DNA of 50,941 bases, taken from the NCBI GenBank assembly GCA_964534605.1, contig CAZHOS010000003.1, positions 1-50,941 of the forward strand, in the 5' to 3' direction. The position numbers were made by a program, and so were the translations under genes. This document shows positions 1 through 10,121 of this stretch, one piece after another (within the stretch, counting starts at the first letter, position 1; the number at the start of each line of letters is the position of its first letter). The DNA comes from an uncultured Candidatus Saccharibacteria bacterium (GTDB lineage Bacteria > Patescibacteriota > Saccharimonadia > Saccharimonadales > VXPC01). Under the pieces are notes generated by a model. That model saw only the letters and a list, made by a program, of their open reading frames with translations. It made no database searches and was not told where the DNA came from.

Positions 1-106
1 ATAGTAATTATTCTTAAAGATCTAATAAAAGAAATAACCAAAATCTATTGAAATACTATATATAGTGTATTAATATATCTATAAGCACTACACATAGAGG
101 GTAGTA

Positions 107-1453
107 ATGTATTTGGCCCAGCGAGGGCCCTCTAGAGTGCTGGAAAGAAATATACGCACTATGAAGCTTTTAGAAAGACAAACAAGCACAAAGGCAAGGA
201 GTATTAATGTGACTGCGACTCGCTTGCTGCTCGCTCGCCTAGAGATTAATGACCCCTTGGCGCATATTATCCAGGCCGAGCAGAATAACACCGAGATCAG
301 AACGACCCAGGCCGAGCAAGAGTTTGACACAGGCATGCAAGAGCGCAACCCAGAAGGATTCTATTCTACAGAGATGTACAGTGACGTAGGCGACGATTTT
401 ATTAGTAGCCAGGGCATGTCTATGCGTACTATGTTGGATAACTCGGTACACGCAGCAAAAGTAAGGCACCAACAAGGAGACTACCCTTGGTACGGCGTAG
501 AAACAGACATACAGAGACGCCGAGAGTACGACCATCTTAGGTCCTGGAAAGACCAGGGTGCGCCGGGACGCCTGATGGTGCAGTCTCTCTGCCCCAGCAG
601 TAATGAGCTACCACACCAGCAGGCTGAAGCCATGGGTTACGACCAGCACAAACTTAGATCGAGCATCAGCGTATACCAGATGAATAATCTAGGAGAGATC
701 GAGGGCTACTTCTTTTCTATTGATCAGCATACACTAGATTCCAACAAATCCGTGTTGGACGGATTAGGGATAGTTCCCAGCAAGCAGATAGACTCTACAA
801 TCTGCTTGTTAGGCCAAGCATTTATCTATCATCCAAAAGACCCAAACAGCAGCCCACGTGACGAGGTACTAGCCCTTCATGGTTCAGAAAATAAGTCTGT
901 AGAGCTTAACCAGCGCTTATTAGCCGAATCTCGCGACGAATGGTTTGATCTTAGCGAGGTTGTCAGGGATTGCCTACAAGCCGGTCGTTACTCTGCCGAC
1001 TACTTAGCTTATGTCGCTCGTTATGACCTGCCGATGGAGGGCCCTCCAACGATTGAATGGTCGACGCATGTCATGGATCTGTACCGTTCGAGGATAGCTC
1101 CACACAAGCTGTTTGCACAGGCGAACGAGCCTGGTAGCAGCAGCACATCGACGAGCGTCGTTAGCTTGCCATCATATGGCGGTGCCTGTCCCAGCTCGAC
1201 AACCACGCTTGGTCTTGGGGCAGAGTCCTTTAGCGCGGTAAACATTGCCGATATTTCGCAGCTGCAGCATAGATATGCCGGTCATGGCGGTTGCCAGGCT
1301 TGCGGAGTCAGGGGGTCTTTGTATGGCTGCGGGGCATTCTGTCGCAGCTGCAATAATGTTTGGTGCTGGGAGTATAAAGAGACCAATAGAATGTTGAGCT
1401 ACCAGGAGGTGAACAAAGCTAGGAGATCATTCAAGTACAGGTGGATTCACTAA
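107..1453 (+). CDS. hypothetical protein with C-terminal Cys cluster
   Basis: 448-aa ORF with no family motif recognised. The C-terminus CQACG-x7-CGAFCRSC-x4-C looks like a zinc ribbon. Start is uncertain (alternative Met at residue 20). Preceded by 106 bp of very AT-rich DNA. Confidence 0.5.
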   Translation: MYLAQRGPSRVLERNIRTMKLLERQTSTKARSINVTATRLLLARLEINDPLAHIIQAEQNNTEIRTTQAEQEFDTGMQERNPEGFYSTEMYSDVGDDFISSQGMSMRTMLDNSVHAAKVRHQQGDYPWYGVETDIQRRREYDHLRSWKDQGAPGRLMVQSLCPSSNELPHQQAEAMGYDQHKLRSSISVYQMNNLGEIEGYFFSIDQHTLDSNKSVLDGLGIVPSKQIDSTICLLGQAFIYHPKDPNSSPRDEVLALHGSENKSVELNQRLLAESRDEWFDLSEVVRDCLQAGRYSADYLAYVARYDLPMEGPPTIEWSTHVMDLYRSRIAPHKLFAQANEPGSSSTSTSVVSLPSYGGACPSSTTTLGLGAESFSAVNIADISQLQHRYAGHGGCQACGVRGSLYGCGAFCRSCNNVWCWEYKETNRMLSYQEVNKARRSFKYRWIH

Positions 1454-1475
1454 CAGCTATTCTTAGCCTGTGCTC

Positions 1476-3227
1476 TTAGGTCTTCTTTGTTTTACTGCTA
1501 CGCACTGCAACGTTTCCAAACATTTTGTGTTTAGTTTCTTTAACAGACGGGTCGGTAGGGTCTTTGCTTAGCTTGTCTAGGTGTTTCTTTTTATAAGATT
1601 CAAAGGCTGAGCGCTTGAGCCCACTACGCTTAATAAAGCTGACGACTCGCTCGCTGCCAACGTAGTGGGGCATCAGTACATAATTGACACCACGTGCATA
1701 GAGGTCGGCAGCACGAGCTGGCGTGTCGGCAGAGCAGACGACTACTGCTTTTGGATTATGCTGAGCCATATAGTTTGCCAGCGAGGCGTTACCATTAAAG
1801 TCGCTGGTGGTCGAGACAACAAGCTTGGCCTGGTCGATCCCAATCTCTTCCAGTAGCTCGACATCCGTAATGTCTCCGTAGGCATTGGGGATACCTTCGT
1901 GCTCTAGGTGGTCTATTATCTTGGGGTCATAGTCGAGCACCAGGTAGCGCTTCTTCATCTGTCTAAATGACTTCACAAACTGCTCGCCCCCTTTGCGGTA
2001 ACCGATCAGCACTAGTTGCGGGCTGTCTCTTTTCTCGCGTTCGCTACGAGTCTTGGATCTTTCGAAGATAGATAAGTAGGGTGCAAACAAGTCAAACAGC
2101 TTGTCGCTATAAATAATCATATAGGACGATACAGCGATAGTTATCAAGCCAACTAACGTTACGAGATTGACTACCGTTTCGTCGATTTGCCCTTGAGCGC
2201 TGCCCAGCAAAATAAACACCAGCGAGAATTCACTTATCTGCGCCACTGCCAGACCGGCCTTGAAGCCTGTCTTTTTGGTAAAGCCCAGTCCACCCATAAT
2301 CGACATAACAATAATAGGATTACCGATTAGTACAAATGCTGATAGTAGTATAGCTTGCGGTAACACTTCGGCTAGTCCATCGATTTGTATGTGGGTACCA
2401 AGCGAGACAAAGAATAACACCACAAAGAAGTCTCTAAGTGGCCTCAGCCGCGACCCAACCTCGATAGCAAAGCTCTGTGTTGCCAGGGCAATACCAGCAG
2501 CTAAGGCTCCAACCTCTAGCGAGAACCCAGCCTCCTTAAACAAACTAGCAATACCAAACCCCCAGGCAATGGCGAATATAAATAGTAGTTCTTGCGACCC
2601 AGATATTAGGTTTTTGAGAATCGGCAGCATAAACCTCACAACAACAAAGATACCAAGCGATATTAGTATGCCCTTGATAAGCAGCTCTAGCAGACTTCCG
2701 GCCGATAGGCCTTCGCTTGTCCCAGAAGCGCTGGCGGCTATCAGTGCGACTGTCGCCAAAATATCCTGAACTAACAGAAAACCGATAGATATTTTGCCGT
2801 ATAGTCTATGCTGTTCTTTTTTGTCCGACAGTAGTTTTAGGATGATGATTGTGCTCGAGAAGGCCAGGGCTACAGAGATGTATATCGCCTCCGTACCGCC
2901 ATAGCCTAACAGGTTAGCCAGCATCCAGCCGACCCCAGCCGTAAAGGCTACCTGTCCTAGTCCTGTCAGCACGGCCACTCGGCCGACCTCCTTGATGACT
3001 TTTGGATTAAGACCCAACCCGATAATAAACAGCAGCAGGGCAATACCAAAGCTAGCCAGTCCATCCAGGGTGCTGCTGGATTCGACGGCGTTGAGCGCAA
3101 CTGGCCCAACGATAACTCCGGTCAGAATATAGCCAATAATTAGAGGCTGCTTAAGCAGCCTCATGATTATAGATATACCAGCGGCCAGCCCGATAACAAT
3201 ACTAAGCTCAGTAAAAATATTTTCCAT
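1476..3227 (-). CDS. CPA2-family cation:proton antiporter with C-terminal RCK/TrkA-N-like domain (KefB/YbaL-like)
   Basis: 583 aa. N-terminus MENIFTELSIVIGLAAG...PLIIGYILTGVIVGP is typical of Na+/H+-exchanger family proteins, followed by about 12 hydrophobic segments. The C-terminal soluble domain (QLVLIGYRKGG...VVSTTSD) resembles an RCK N-lobe. Confidence 0.85.
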   Translation of the reverse strand: MENIFTELSIVIGLAAGISIIMRLLKQPLIIGYILTGVIVGPVALNAVESSSTLDGLASFGIALLLFIIGLGLNPKVIKEVGRVAVLTGLGQVAFTAGVGWMLANLLGYGGTEAIYISVALAFSSTIIILKLLSDKKEQHRLYGKISIGFLLVQDILATVALIAASASGTSEGLSAGSLLELLIKGILISLGIFVVVRFMLPILKNLISGSQELLFIFAIAWGFGIASLFKEAGFSLEVGALAAGIALATQSFAIEVGSRLRPLRDFFVVLFFVSLGTHIQIDGLAEVLPQAILLSAFVLIGNPIIVMSIMGGLGFTKKTGFKAGLAVAQISEFSLVFILLGSAQGQIDETVVNLVTLVGLITIAVSSYMIIYSDKLFDLFAPYLSIFERSKTRSEREKRDSPQLVLIGYRKGGEQFVKSFRQMKKRYLVLDYDPKIIDHLEHEGIPNAYGDITDVELLEEIGIDQAKLVVSTTSDFNGNASLANYMAQHNPKAVVVCSADTPARAADLYARGVNYVLMPHYVGSERVVSFIKRSGLKRSAFESYKKKHLDKLSKDPTDPSVKETKHKMFGNVAVRSSKTKKT

Positions 3228-3260
3228 TTACTAACTGTTAACCCTTATAGTTTGGATTTT

Positions 3261-6200
3261 TTATTTATGAACCCTGTATCTCACTCCAACCCCGATCAGA
3301 AGGATTGCCATACCTGCTAGCAACGGTACAAAGATTTCCTGCCCCGTCTCCGCTAAGTTGGTCGACCCGTCTTGTACAAAGGTAAAGTTCTGCTCTGGGG
3401 TGGTAGCTCCTGCTACGACAGTGACTGTCTGTATCTCGAACAGGTTGCCTAGTCCATCGACGTCATTGGCGGGGTCGAAGCCTTCTGGTGGAGATATCTG
3501 TACACTGTAATCCCCTGGGAAGAGGTTGCCAAAGCTATACTCACCATTATCATCTGTTGTGGTTGTAGTCACGACATTGCCCGCAGCATCATGGAGGGTT
3601 ACTGTTAGACCACTGAGGGTTAGCTCGCTACCATCTAGGCTAAAGTCTAGATCAGGGTCTACCCAAGCTCTACCACTTATGGAGCCAAGCTCTACGTAGC
3701 CAAAGTCTTGGTCGAGATCGTTGCTATTTGTAGCATCAAGAGTTGTGACACTCATATTGTCTAGACCGCCATCATTGTCGTAGGTTTGGCCATAGCCAGT
3801 AGGTAGCGTAGCTGTATCTACCATGACTGTGTAGTCATCATATGGCAGGTTGTCGAAGAGATAGAGTCCTGATCCATCTGTAACGTCAGTAATGTCGCTA
3901 CCTAGGGCATCGGTGACTGGATTGCCGCTAGCATCTAGGAGCTTAACCGTTACACCAACTAATGGTTGTTCTGTAGCGTCTTGGATACCATCGTTGTTAG
4001 TGTCTATCCATAAGTAGTCACCAACACTGGCAAGTCCTTGGTAGCCAAAGTCTTGGTCAAAGTCGTCAGAAACGTCTGTGCCATCAAAGGTAAGGGTGGT
4101 TGCAGACATATCGTCACCTGCACCATCAGAGTCGTATGTTTGAGTGAGACCTGCAGGGAGGGTTGTTGTGTCTACCATGACTATGTAGTCGCCACTTGGT
4201 AGGTTGCTGAATGTGTAGTTACCGCTAGCATTAGTGGTAGCGGTTAGAGGCTGTCCATCCTCACCGAGGATGTCTGCACCGCTATTGTCTAGCAGCTTAA
4301 TGGTTACACCAGCTAGAGGAAGTTCGTTAGCATCCTGCGTACCATCACCATCACTATCTAGCCAGACATAGTCACCGATCGATCCATCGACTATCTCGAC
4401 ACAGACATCGTTACTTATGATGTCTAGAGTAATGATGTCACTGTTAAGACCAAAGTTGTTACAGAAGAGGTTGCCTTCTTGGGCGAAGCCTGTGTTCATG
4501 GTTAATGTAAGTGTTCTAGTTGGTTGGCCGGCGCTAAAGGCTGGCAGACTAGCACGAACTGCAGTTACGTCTGAGGGGTCTGCAGGTGCAGTAGTGCTCC
4601 AGGTAGTAGTGCCTGTTCCTGCCTGGGCGGCTGTTGGTACGTCTGTGGCTGGATCTACAAGACCTTCAGAACATATGGCGTTAAGGGTAGCGTTAGCACC
4701 ACCAAGGGCATCGCCTGCTGGCCAGTTGCTTGGATGACATGGTCTGTGGTCGACTGACGCCGATGCTGTTGTTGTGTACTCGAAGGTTTCGCCTGCGGAT
4801 GAGGGAGCAATAGAGACAAACTCTATACGGCCGTCTTGGTCTGCAGTATCTGTCCCAGTGTTAGCGTTGCCTGGGTTTTGACCATTGAATCTTTCTGGAG
4901 AGTTAGCTGTAGCTGTGCCTGGTACGGCTAGGGCACCATCGCCGTTGTATGGAAGTACATCAATGAGGTGACCGATGCCAATGTCTGATGCTCCGAGGTT
5001 GGTGTACTCTAGAGTTGTTACATAGTCTGACTGTGGTTCAAGGACTTGGTCTATATCTTGTTTGGTTACGGATTCGCCGGCGGAGGCTACGACTACGACT
5101 CTAGCTGCGTCTGAGTGAGGGGCTGCGAAGACATCTTCACAGTCAGCGGTGTTTGAGTTGCCATTAACATCGGTTGCAGTTGCACAGTGAGAGTCATCGC
5201 TAAGTAGTGCAAGGCTTGAGCTAATCTCTACATCGTTAGTATACATTCCACTAGCAACTCCCGGGTTAACGGTAGCATCAATAGTAAAGGCTGGTAGGTC
5301 ATCTCCAATGGTGTAGTTTGGTACGGTAAAGGTGATTGTCTGTCCGCTTACTGCAGCCGTACAGCTTAGGCTAGCTGCAGCGTAAACACTAGCACAGGTG
5401 TCGGAGGCGTAGCTAAGCTCAGCTGGCAGGACATCCGTAAAGGTCATGGTGTGTGTACCGCTGGCTGTACCGTTAGTTCTAGGGTCTATGGTAAAGGATA
5501 CGGTGTCTCCTGGTTCTACTGGGCCTTGAGTGGTTGGGTTGTTGGTTTTAGTAATGCTCTGCGAGGCTGGGAGGACGAGGACGCGGTCGGCGTTAAGGCT
5601 GTTGAAGGAGTACAGTGCGTTTGTAGGGTCTGTTTCAACATTAACGTAACCAGCCGTCCAAGCATTACCATTGGCTCTAGTGCCACCTATATTATTCAAC
5701 CAGGTGCCGCCCCAGTTGTTGTTATCCTCATCGTAAGTTGTCGCCGCATTTGGTAGATATGAGCCTACAGAGACAGTATTTAATAACTGCAGGTTGAATG
5801 AGAACCATAGTCTAGAGTTTAGGGCTAATGGGTCAGACTGTGCATATAGCGCATTCCAGTCTCTATCCCAGCTCATTCTAATACGCACAACATTAGCATC
5901 ACCACCAATGAGGGAGGTGTCTGTCACCCAGTCGGAGTTACCGTCACCGGTAAGATCATCTTCGCAAGTAGCTGTCCAGTGATCATCACCGGTTGCTACG
6001 TAGTCTACATCGGAGAATTCGATCGTTACACCTTGCTGAAGCGCATCAAAGGCGGTTGCAGATGCAATAACATTTACAGCGCTCCCGGCATCGTCGGTAA
6101 CAACTAATGGGTTGAATTGCGAATGAATTGCATTAGCTCTCAGGTTGTCGCTAGTTCCGAACGAGATAGGTCCTCCATGAAGATAGGCATCTTGCTGGCC

Positions 6201-7646
6201 GGTACCAATGTAGCCGGCATATACAAAACTATTAATATCTAGTGTGTCGCAGACAGCTGGATTAGTGCTGTAGAGACGCTGATCGTTTATGCCTAAGCTT
6301 GTTTCAACTATCTCACCCGGGACTGCGGCTCGCTGACCTGTCTTCGAAACTCCATTATCGTCAAATGTCTTTGTAAAATTCAACGACCCCGGCCTAGTAG
6401 CACTAATAAGCCAATCCTTAACACTCACTTCTGGCCCCGAATCAACAGTCCCTGTTTGTGAGGTTACCAAAGTGCCTGCACCACCCCAAGCTGTAAGCTC
6501 GGCAGTATTGTCTATGTTGTAGGTCTCTGCTGTAGCAAAACCATTCGGATCAAAGATATCGTCATATGGGTAGAACATGTTAAGGGATACCTTGGCCAGT
6601 GTTGCTTGGTTGACTGGTGTGTCATTAACCTGAATGGTTATTGGCTCACCAGGGCCGTTCTGCGTACAGGTGACGGTAGCGATTGAAGTTGCTGGTTGGT
6701 CTAGGAGGCTACAGCCATCGGCTGCGTTGCCAGTAATGGTGCTTTTGAGTACTATGGCGTCGTTAAAGTTACCATTGGCGTTGTCACCTTCTACTGTCGG
6801 GTCATTGCTATGGGTACCTACCCAGGTGTCTGTAATGGTGAAGTCTTGGGTGCCACCGCCGTTATCTTCTATAAACTCTGAGCCTGTGTTATGGCTTAGG
6901 GCGATGTGCCAGTTAACGGTCTTGCCTTCTTCGCCATGAACCGATGCTGGCTCGTAGACGGGCCGGTAGTTAATCTCATCTACTTCTGGTAACGATAAGA
7001 TGGTCTTGTCTAGACTCACGCCAAAGGAGGCGGTAATGGTTGTATCTAGTGAGTCTGCTGCCCTATGGGTAGCGGCAGGGTTGTCTGAGTTTGAGGTAGC
7101 GTTAACGGTAATGGTGTCTAGGTTGTTACCTGTAGCTTGGGCTGCTGGCTTAAACAGTACTTTCGTACCTTCTGTCTGGTCGCCGTGGTTACAGATAAGG
7201 GTATCGTTTAGACCATTGCCGGTGGTGTCGGTAACACTAGAGTCTGGGGATATACCAGGGAAGTCAGCCTGGACTCTACAGTCAGCAGGTACTTCTGTCC
7301 ATGAGGCGCTGTTATTGAGGGTTACGGTGGTAGTAAAGTTGGTATCGTCTGCATCGTTGAGTGAGGCTTCTACTTCGTAGACGACCAGGTCAAAGTTCTT
7401 GACTACTCCGTTGCTGTCACTACTATCTGTACCGGCTGGGGTAGAGGTAGTAGCATCGGTAGCCTCTATACCATCTTGGTCTACAGCTATGATGGTTTCT
7501 GTAGTTGGGTCTTGAGGACTAGACAGAGCCCAGGTGGCAGCGCTGTATGTAAATGCAAGCAGCAGAGTTATGGCTGCAGCAGATAATAAGAAAGATCTAC
7601 CATTTAGGTAGTCCTTTGGTTTTTGTGTGAGTTGACTGAACAACAT
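3261..7646 (-). CDS. giant cell-wall-anchored surface protein (LAETG sorting signal, SdrD/Cna-B-type repeats)
   Basis: 1461 aa with an N-terminal signal-like hydrophobic segment. C-terminal repeats are GDYVWLDSDGDGTQD..., GDYLWIDTNNDGIQD... and GRAWVDPDLDFSLDG.... It ends LAETG + hydrophobic stretch + RYRVHK, a sortase substrate signature. Confidence 0.85.
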   Translation of the reverse strand: MLFSQLTQKPKDYLNGRSFLLSAAAITLLLAFTYSAATWALSSPQDPTTETIIAVDQDGIEATDATTSTPAGTDSSDSNGVVKNFDLVVYEVEASLNDADDTNFTTTVTLNNSASWTEVPADCRVQADFPGISPDSSVTDTTGNGLNDTLICNHGDQTEGTKVLFKPAAQATGNNLDTITVNATSNSDNPAATHRAADSLDTTITASFGVSLDKTILSLPEVDEINYRPVYEPASVHGEEGKTVNWHIALSHNTGSEFIEDNGGGTQDFTITDTWVGTHSNDPTVEGDNANGNFNDAIVLKSTITGNAADGCSLLDQPATSIATVTCTQNGPGEPITIQVNDTPVNQATLAKVSLNMFYPYDDIFDPNGFATAETYNIDNTAELTAWGGAGTLVTSQTGTVDSGPEVSVKDWLISATRPGSLNFTKTFDDNGVSKTGQRAAVPGEIVETSLGINDQRLYSTNPAVCDTLDINSFVYAGYIGTGQQDAYLHGGPISFGTSDNLRANAIHSQFNPLVVTDDAGSAVNVIASATAFDALQQGVTIEFSDVDYVATGDDHWTATCEDDLTGDGNSDWVTDTSLIGGDANVVRIRMSWDRDWNALYAQSDPLALNSRLWFSFNLQLLNTVSVGSYLPNAATTYDEDNNNWGGTWLNNIGGTRANGNAWTAGYVNVETDPTNALYSFNSLNADRVLVLPASQSITKTNNPTTQGPVEPGDTVSFTIDPRTNGTASGTHTMTFTDVLPAELSYASDTCASVYAAASLSCTAAVSGQTITFTVPNYTIGDDLPAFTIDATVNPGVASGMYTNDVEISSSLALLSDDSHCATATDVNGNSNTADCEDVFAAPHSDAARVVVVASAGESVTKQDIDQVLEPQSDYVTTLEYTNLGASDIGIGHLIDVLPYNGDGALAVPGTATANSPERFNGQNPGNANTGTDTADQDGRIEFVSIAPSSAGETFEYTTTASASVDHRPCHPSNWPAGDALGGANATLNAICSEGLVDPATDVPTAAQAGTGTTTWSTTAPADPSDVTAVRASLPAFSAGQPTRTLTLTMNTGFAQEGNLFCNNFGLNSDIITLDIISNDVCVEIVDGSIGDYVWLDSDGDGTQDANELPLAGVTIKLLDNSGADILGEDGQPLTATTNASGNYTFSNLPSGDYIVMVDTTTLPAGLTQTYDSDGAGDDMSATTLTFDGTDVSDDFDQDFGYQGLASVGDYLWIDTNNDGIQDATEQPLVGVTVKLLDASGNPVTDALGSDITDVTDGSGLYLFDNLPYDDYTVMVDTATLPTGYGQTYDNDGGLDNMSVTTLDATNSNDLDQDFGYVELGSISGRAWVDPDLDFSLDGSELTLSGLTVTLHDAAGNVVTTTTTDDNGEYSFGNLFPGDYSVQISPPEGFDPANDVDGLGNLFEIQTVTVVAGATTPEQNFTFVQDGSTNLAETGQEIFVPLLAGMAILLIGVGVRYRVHK

Positions 7647-7933
7647 AGTAATAAATACCCCTTGTACGAATGTGTTTTAGTTTTAGATACGTGCAAACAT
7701 GACACAAAGATAAATGTTTATCTACTCTGTACTTGTGCTGTTTGTTTTTCCCTGTGTTGCCCCGTATTTTAGCAGCGTAGGGGGATTAATGCTAGTGGTT
7801 TTTTATGAATATTCTAAAAAATGCTGCTTCACCAAAGTACGAATTGACATATGCATAAGCATTTGCTAAGTTAGTTTTTGTCGCAAAAAAATAAACACTA
7901 AAAATTAAGAGATTTAGCGACGTGGAGGAAATC

Positions 7934-8146
7934 ATGCGTTTTATGCGTCATGACTTAGACGAGAGGTCTGCCCTGTTGGGAGGCTCTAGACCAGACTTGG
8001 CTAGGGGGAGTGCGACTGTAGTTACGAAGAAACGGTACAGTCGCACCAAGGGTAGTATTACTGTCCGCAAGTCACCAGCCTACACACGGCGGGTAGAAGT
8101 GACGGTTGTCCCTATGGAGTGGCGACAATACCTGGTACTGGATTAG
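7934..8146 (+). CDS. possible small basic protein (doubtful)
   Basis: GGAGG lies 5 nt upstream of the ATG at 7934; 70 aa, Arg/Lys-rich. The region also folds into stems (GCGACTGTA 8012-8020 pairs with TACAGTCGC 8035-8043). It lies in the long upstream region of the minus-strand adhesin gene, so it may be non-coding. Confidence 0.25.
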   Translation: MRFMRHDLDERSALLGGSRPDLARGSATVVTKKRYSRTKGSITVRKSPAYTRRVEVTVVPMEWRQYLVLD

Positions 8147-8150
8147 CGTC

Positions 8151-8897
8151 TTATTGTGGGACCGTTTGTATGTCGACCGGGTTGGTGGTCGTAGATTCGA
8201 CTTCTGCAGTGTCATCTGTGGTGCGTTCTGGAGGCGTGCCGCCAGCTTCGACGATGGCGTTGTCTAAGAAGTCGCGCATCAGGTCTAGGCTGCCCACTTC
8301 GCTATTATCTATCCGTTCGCCGTTTAGGAAGAAAGTCGGAGTACTGCTGGCATTCTTATCGCGCGCATAGGCGATCTCGTCGTTAATGATTGTGTTGGTG
8401 GACGGATCAAGGAAGTCCGTATTGTACTGCTCGATATCTAGCTCTAGCTGGTTTGCGTAGTCTTCGAATATTTCGATGGCTCTGGAGGCATCGACACCGA
8501 TGGGGTCTACGCTGGAGGGGCCATTCCAGTCTTCTTGGTTTTCGTAGAGCAGGTCGTGGAACGCCCAGAATTGACCCTGTCTGCTAGCAGCTTCGGCGGC
8601 ACGGTGAGCAGCCAGAGCATTCTGGTGGATAGCTGTTAGCGGGAAATGGATATAGCTAAAAACGATTTGATCGGAGTACTCTTCTTTGACCTGGTCTAGA
8701 AGCGGGAAGAATTGGCGGCAAGCCGGGCACTCGAAGTCACCTGCTTCGGCAAATTCTATATTTAGCTCACTCGTACCAACCGTGTGCCCAACGGTTCCGT
8801 CCTCGCCTACACTAGGGGTGGTCGACTGCTCGCCGGTTAGACCTAGGGCAATTAGGCCACCAATTATCACTACTGCTACTGCAAAAATGCTTTTCAT
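8151..8897 (-). CDS. membrane-anchored DsbA-like thiol:disulfide oxidoreductase
   Basis: 248 aa with an N-terminal anchor MKSIFAVAVVIIGGLIALGL. Carries the thioredoxin-fold active site FECPACRQF (CxxC) and has DsbA-like length and organisation. Confidence 0.8.
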   Translation of the reverse strand: MKSIFAVAVVIIGGLIALGLTGEQSTTPSVGEDGTVGHTVGTSELNIEFAEAGDFECPACRQFFPLLDQVKEEYSDQIVFSYIHFPLTAIHQNALAAHRAAEAASRQGQFWAFHDLLYENQEDWNGPSSVDPIGVDASRAIEIFEDYANQLELDIEQYNTDFLDPSTNTIINDEIAYARDKNASSTPTFFLNGERIDNSEVGSLDLMRDFLDNAIVEAGGTPPERTTDDTAEVESTTTNPVDIQTVPQ

Positions 8898-9032
8898 AAA
8901 AGTTCTCTATCCTCGCACTACGTTAAACTTAGCTGATAGTATATCCTAAATGCGTGCAGGATGCTTAACTTTTCGACAACTTTTGAAGAGCGTCTATATC
9001 TAAATACGGTGCTTATGTATTAGAATAGCTCT

Positions 9033-10121
9033 ATGATTATAGAACTTGCGCTTATAGCACTTAGCCTAAGCCTTTCGATATATCTTGTTCAGCTGATCAA
9101 GAGCTTTGGCTACATGGGTATTTCGGAGCTAAAACGCCGTGCGGGCGACGGGGATCATGATGCACTGCGTGTGTACAAGGCACGCAAGCACGGCATACAG
9201 ATATGGATTGTCCTGTGGGGGTTATTATCGCTGTCGCTGGCTCTGACCATCCTGCTACTGGACGAACTACTACCGCTTTGGCTAGCCCTAGTTTTAGACG
9301 TTCTGTTACTCGTATCGATGCACGTTATTTTGCCTTGGGCGCGCTGGCCAAGACCTAGCCTAAAGCTAGCGTCACAGGTTGGACCAATACTGGGGACGCT
9401 GCTCTATAAATCCAACCCAGTCCTTAAGGTTTTCGACCACCTGCTAGGTAACTGGGTAGAGATAGAGGCCACACAGCGTATACACTCTAAGGAAGAGCTG
9501 CTCGAGAATCTGCAAAAACTACCAGGCCAGCTTGATACTGTCGGACGTGACGAACTGCGTATCGCCACCCATGCACTGACCTTCGGCGAAAAGCAGATCC
9601 ACGAGATAATGACCCCCAAATCCATCGTCGAGATGGTCGAGGCCAAAGAACTGTTGTCCCCAGTCGTGCTTAGCGAGCTGCATGACAGCGGCTTTTCCCG
9701 TATACCGGTTTGGAGCGGTAACCAGGACAACATCGTTGGCATCCTCTACCTTAAAGATGCGCTATCGTATAAAAAAGAGATGATCGCCAAAGACATGATG
9801 AGTAGCGAAGTCTACTACGTTAACGAGCAGACAAATTTAGACCAGGTTCTCAACGCCTTCTTGCGTACTCAGCACCTTCTGTTTATAGTAGTCAACGGTT
9901 ACGAAGAGATCGTCGGCGTTATATCTATCGAAGATGTTATCGAGCAAATAATTGGCCGCTCGATTGTCGACGAGTTTGATAAATACGAAGACCTGCGTGC
10001 CGTCGCTAAACAAAGGGCCTCATCCCTTGCCAAAGAGCGTAAGACCGTAGATACAGCTAAACAGAAGAAAGTACAGAATGAAAAGGATACTCAGCGCACA
10101 AGTAGCAGAACAAAAGACTAG
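9033..10121 (+). CDS. DUF21 + CBS-pair membrane protein (CNNM/TlyC/CorC-like)
   Basis: 362 aa. N-terminal transmembrane DUF21-like region followed by tandem CBS-like segments (IMTPKSIVEMV..., MMSSEVYYVNEQTNLDQVL...VVNGYEEIVGVISIEDVIEQI). Lys-rich tail and no obvious CorC_HlyC C-domain. Confidence 0.8.
   Translation: MIIELALIALSLSLSIYLVQLIKSFGYMGISELKRRAGDGDHDALRVYKARKHGIQIWIVLWGLLSLSLALTILLLDELLPLWLALVLDVLLLVSMHVILPWARWPRPSLKLASQVGPILGTLLYKSNPVLKVFDHLLGNWVEIEATQRIHSKEELLENLQKLPGQLDTVGRDELRIATHALTFGEKQIHEIMTPKSIVEMVEAKELLSPVVLSELHDSGFSRIPVWSGNQDNIVGILYLKDALSYKKEMIAKDMMSSEVYYVNEQTNLDQVLNAFLRTQHLLFIVVNGYEEIVGVISIEDVIEQIIGRSIVDEFDKYEDLRAVAKQRASSLAKERKTVDTAKQKKVQNEKDTQRTSSRTKD

Noticed and set aside
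2260-2769. 169-aa plus-strand ORF, together with many similar ORFs of 60-225 aa listed antisense to or out of frame within large genes. Examples: 239-535, 4417-4737, 5451-5756, 6634-7380, 10315-10776, 13518-16379, 31040-32758, 38545-39508 and 45186-47673.
   Set aside because: They lie entirely inside much longer ORFs that carry clear family motifs on the other strand or frame. Their sequences are low-complexity Ser/Pro/Arg-rich shadow translations with no RBS. The moderately GC-rich composition generates such shadow ORFs readily.
3361-3480. The inverted paralogous adhesin tails (here and 48300-48420) as substrates for a 41-kb chromosomal inversion switch
   Set aside because: The longest exact DNA identity I can find is about 16 nt, with frequent mismatches. 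That is too short for efficient homologous recombination, and no recombinase gene is nearby.
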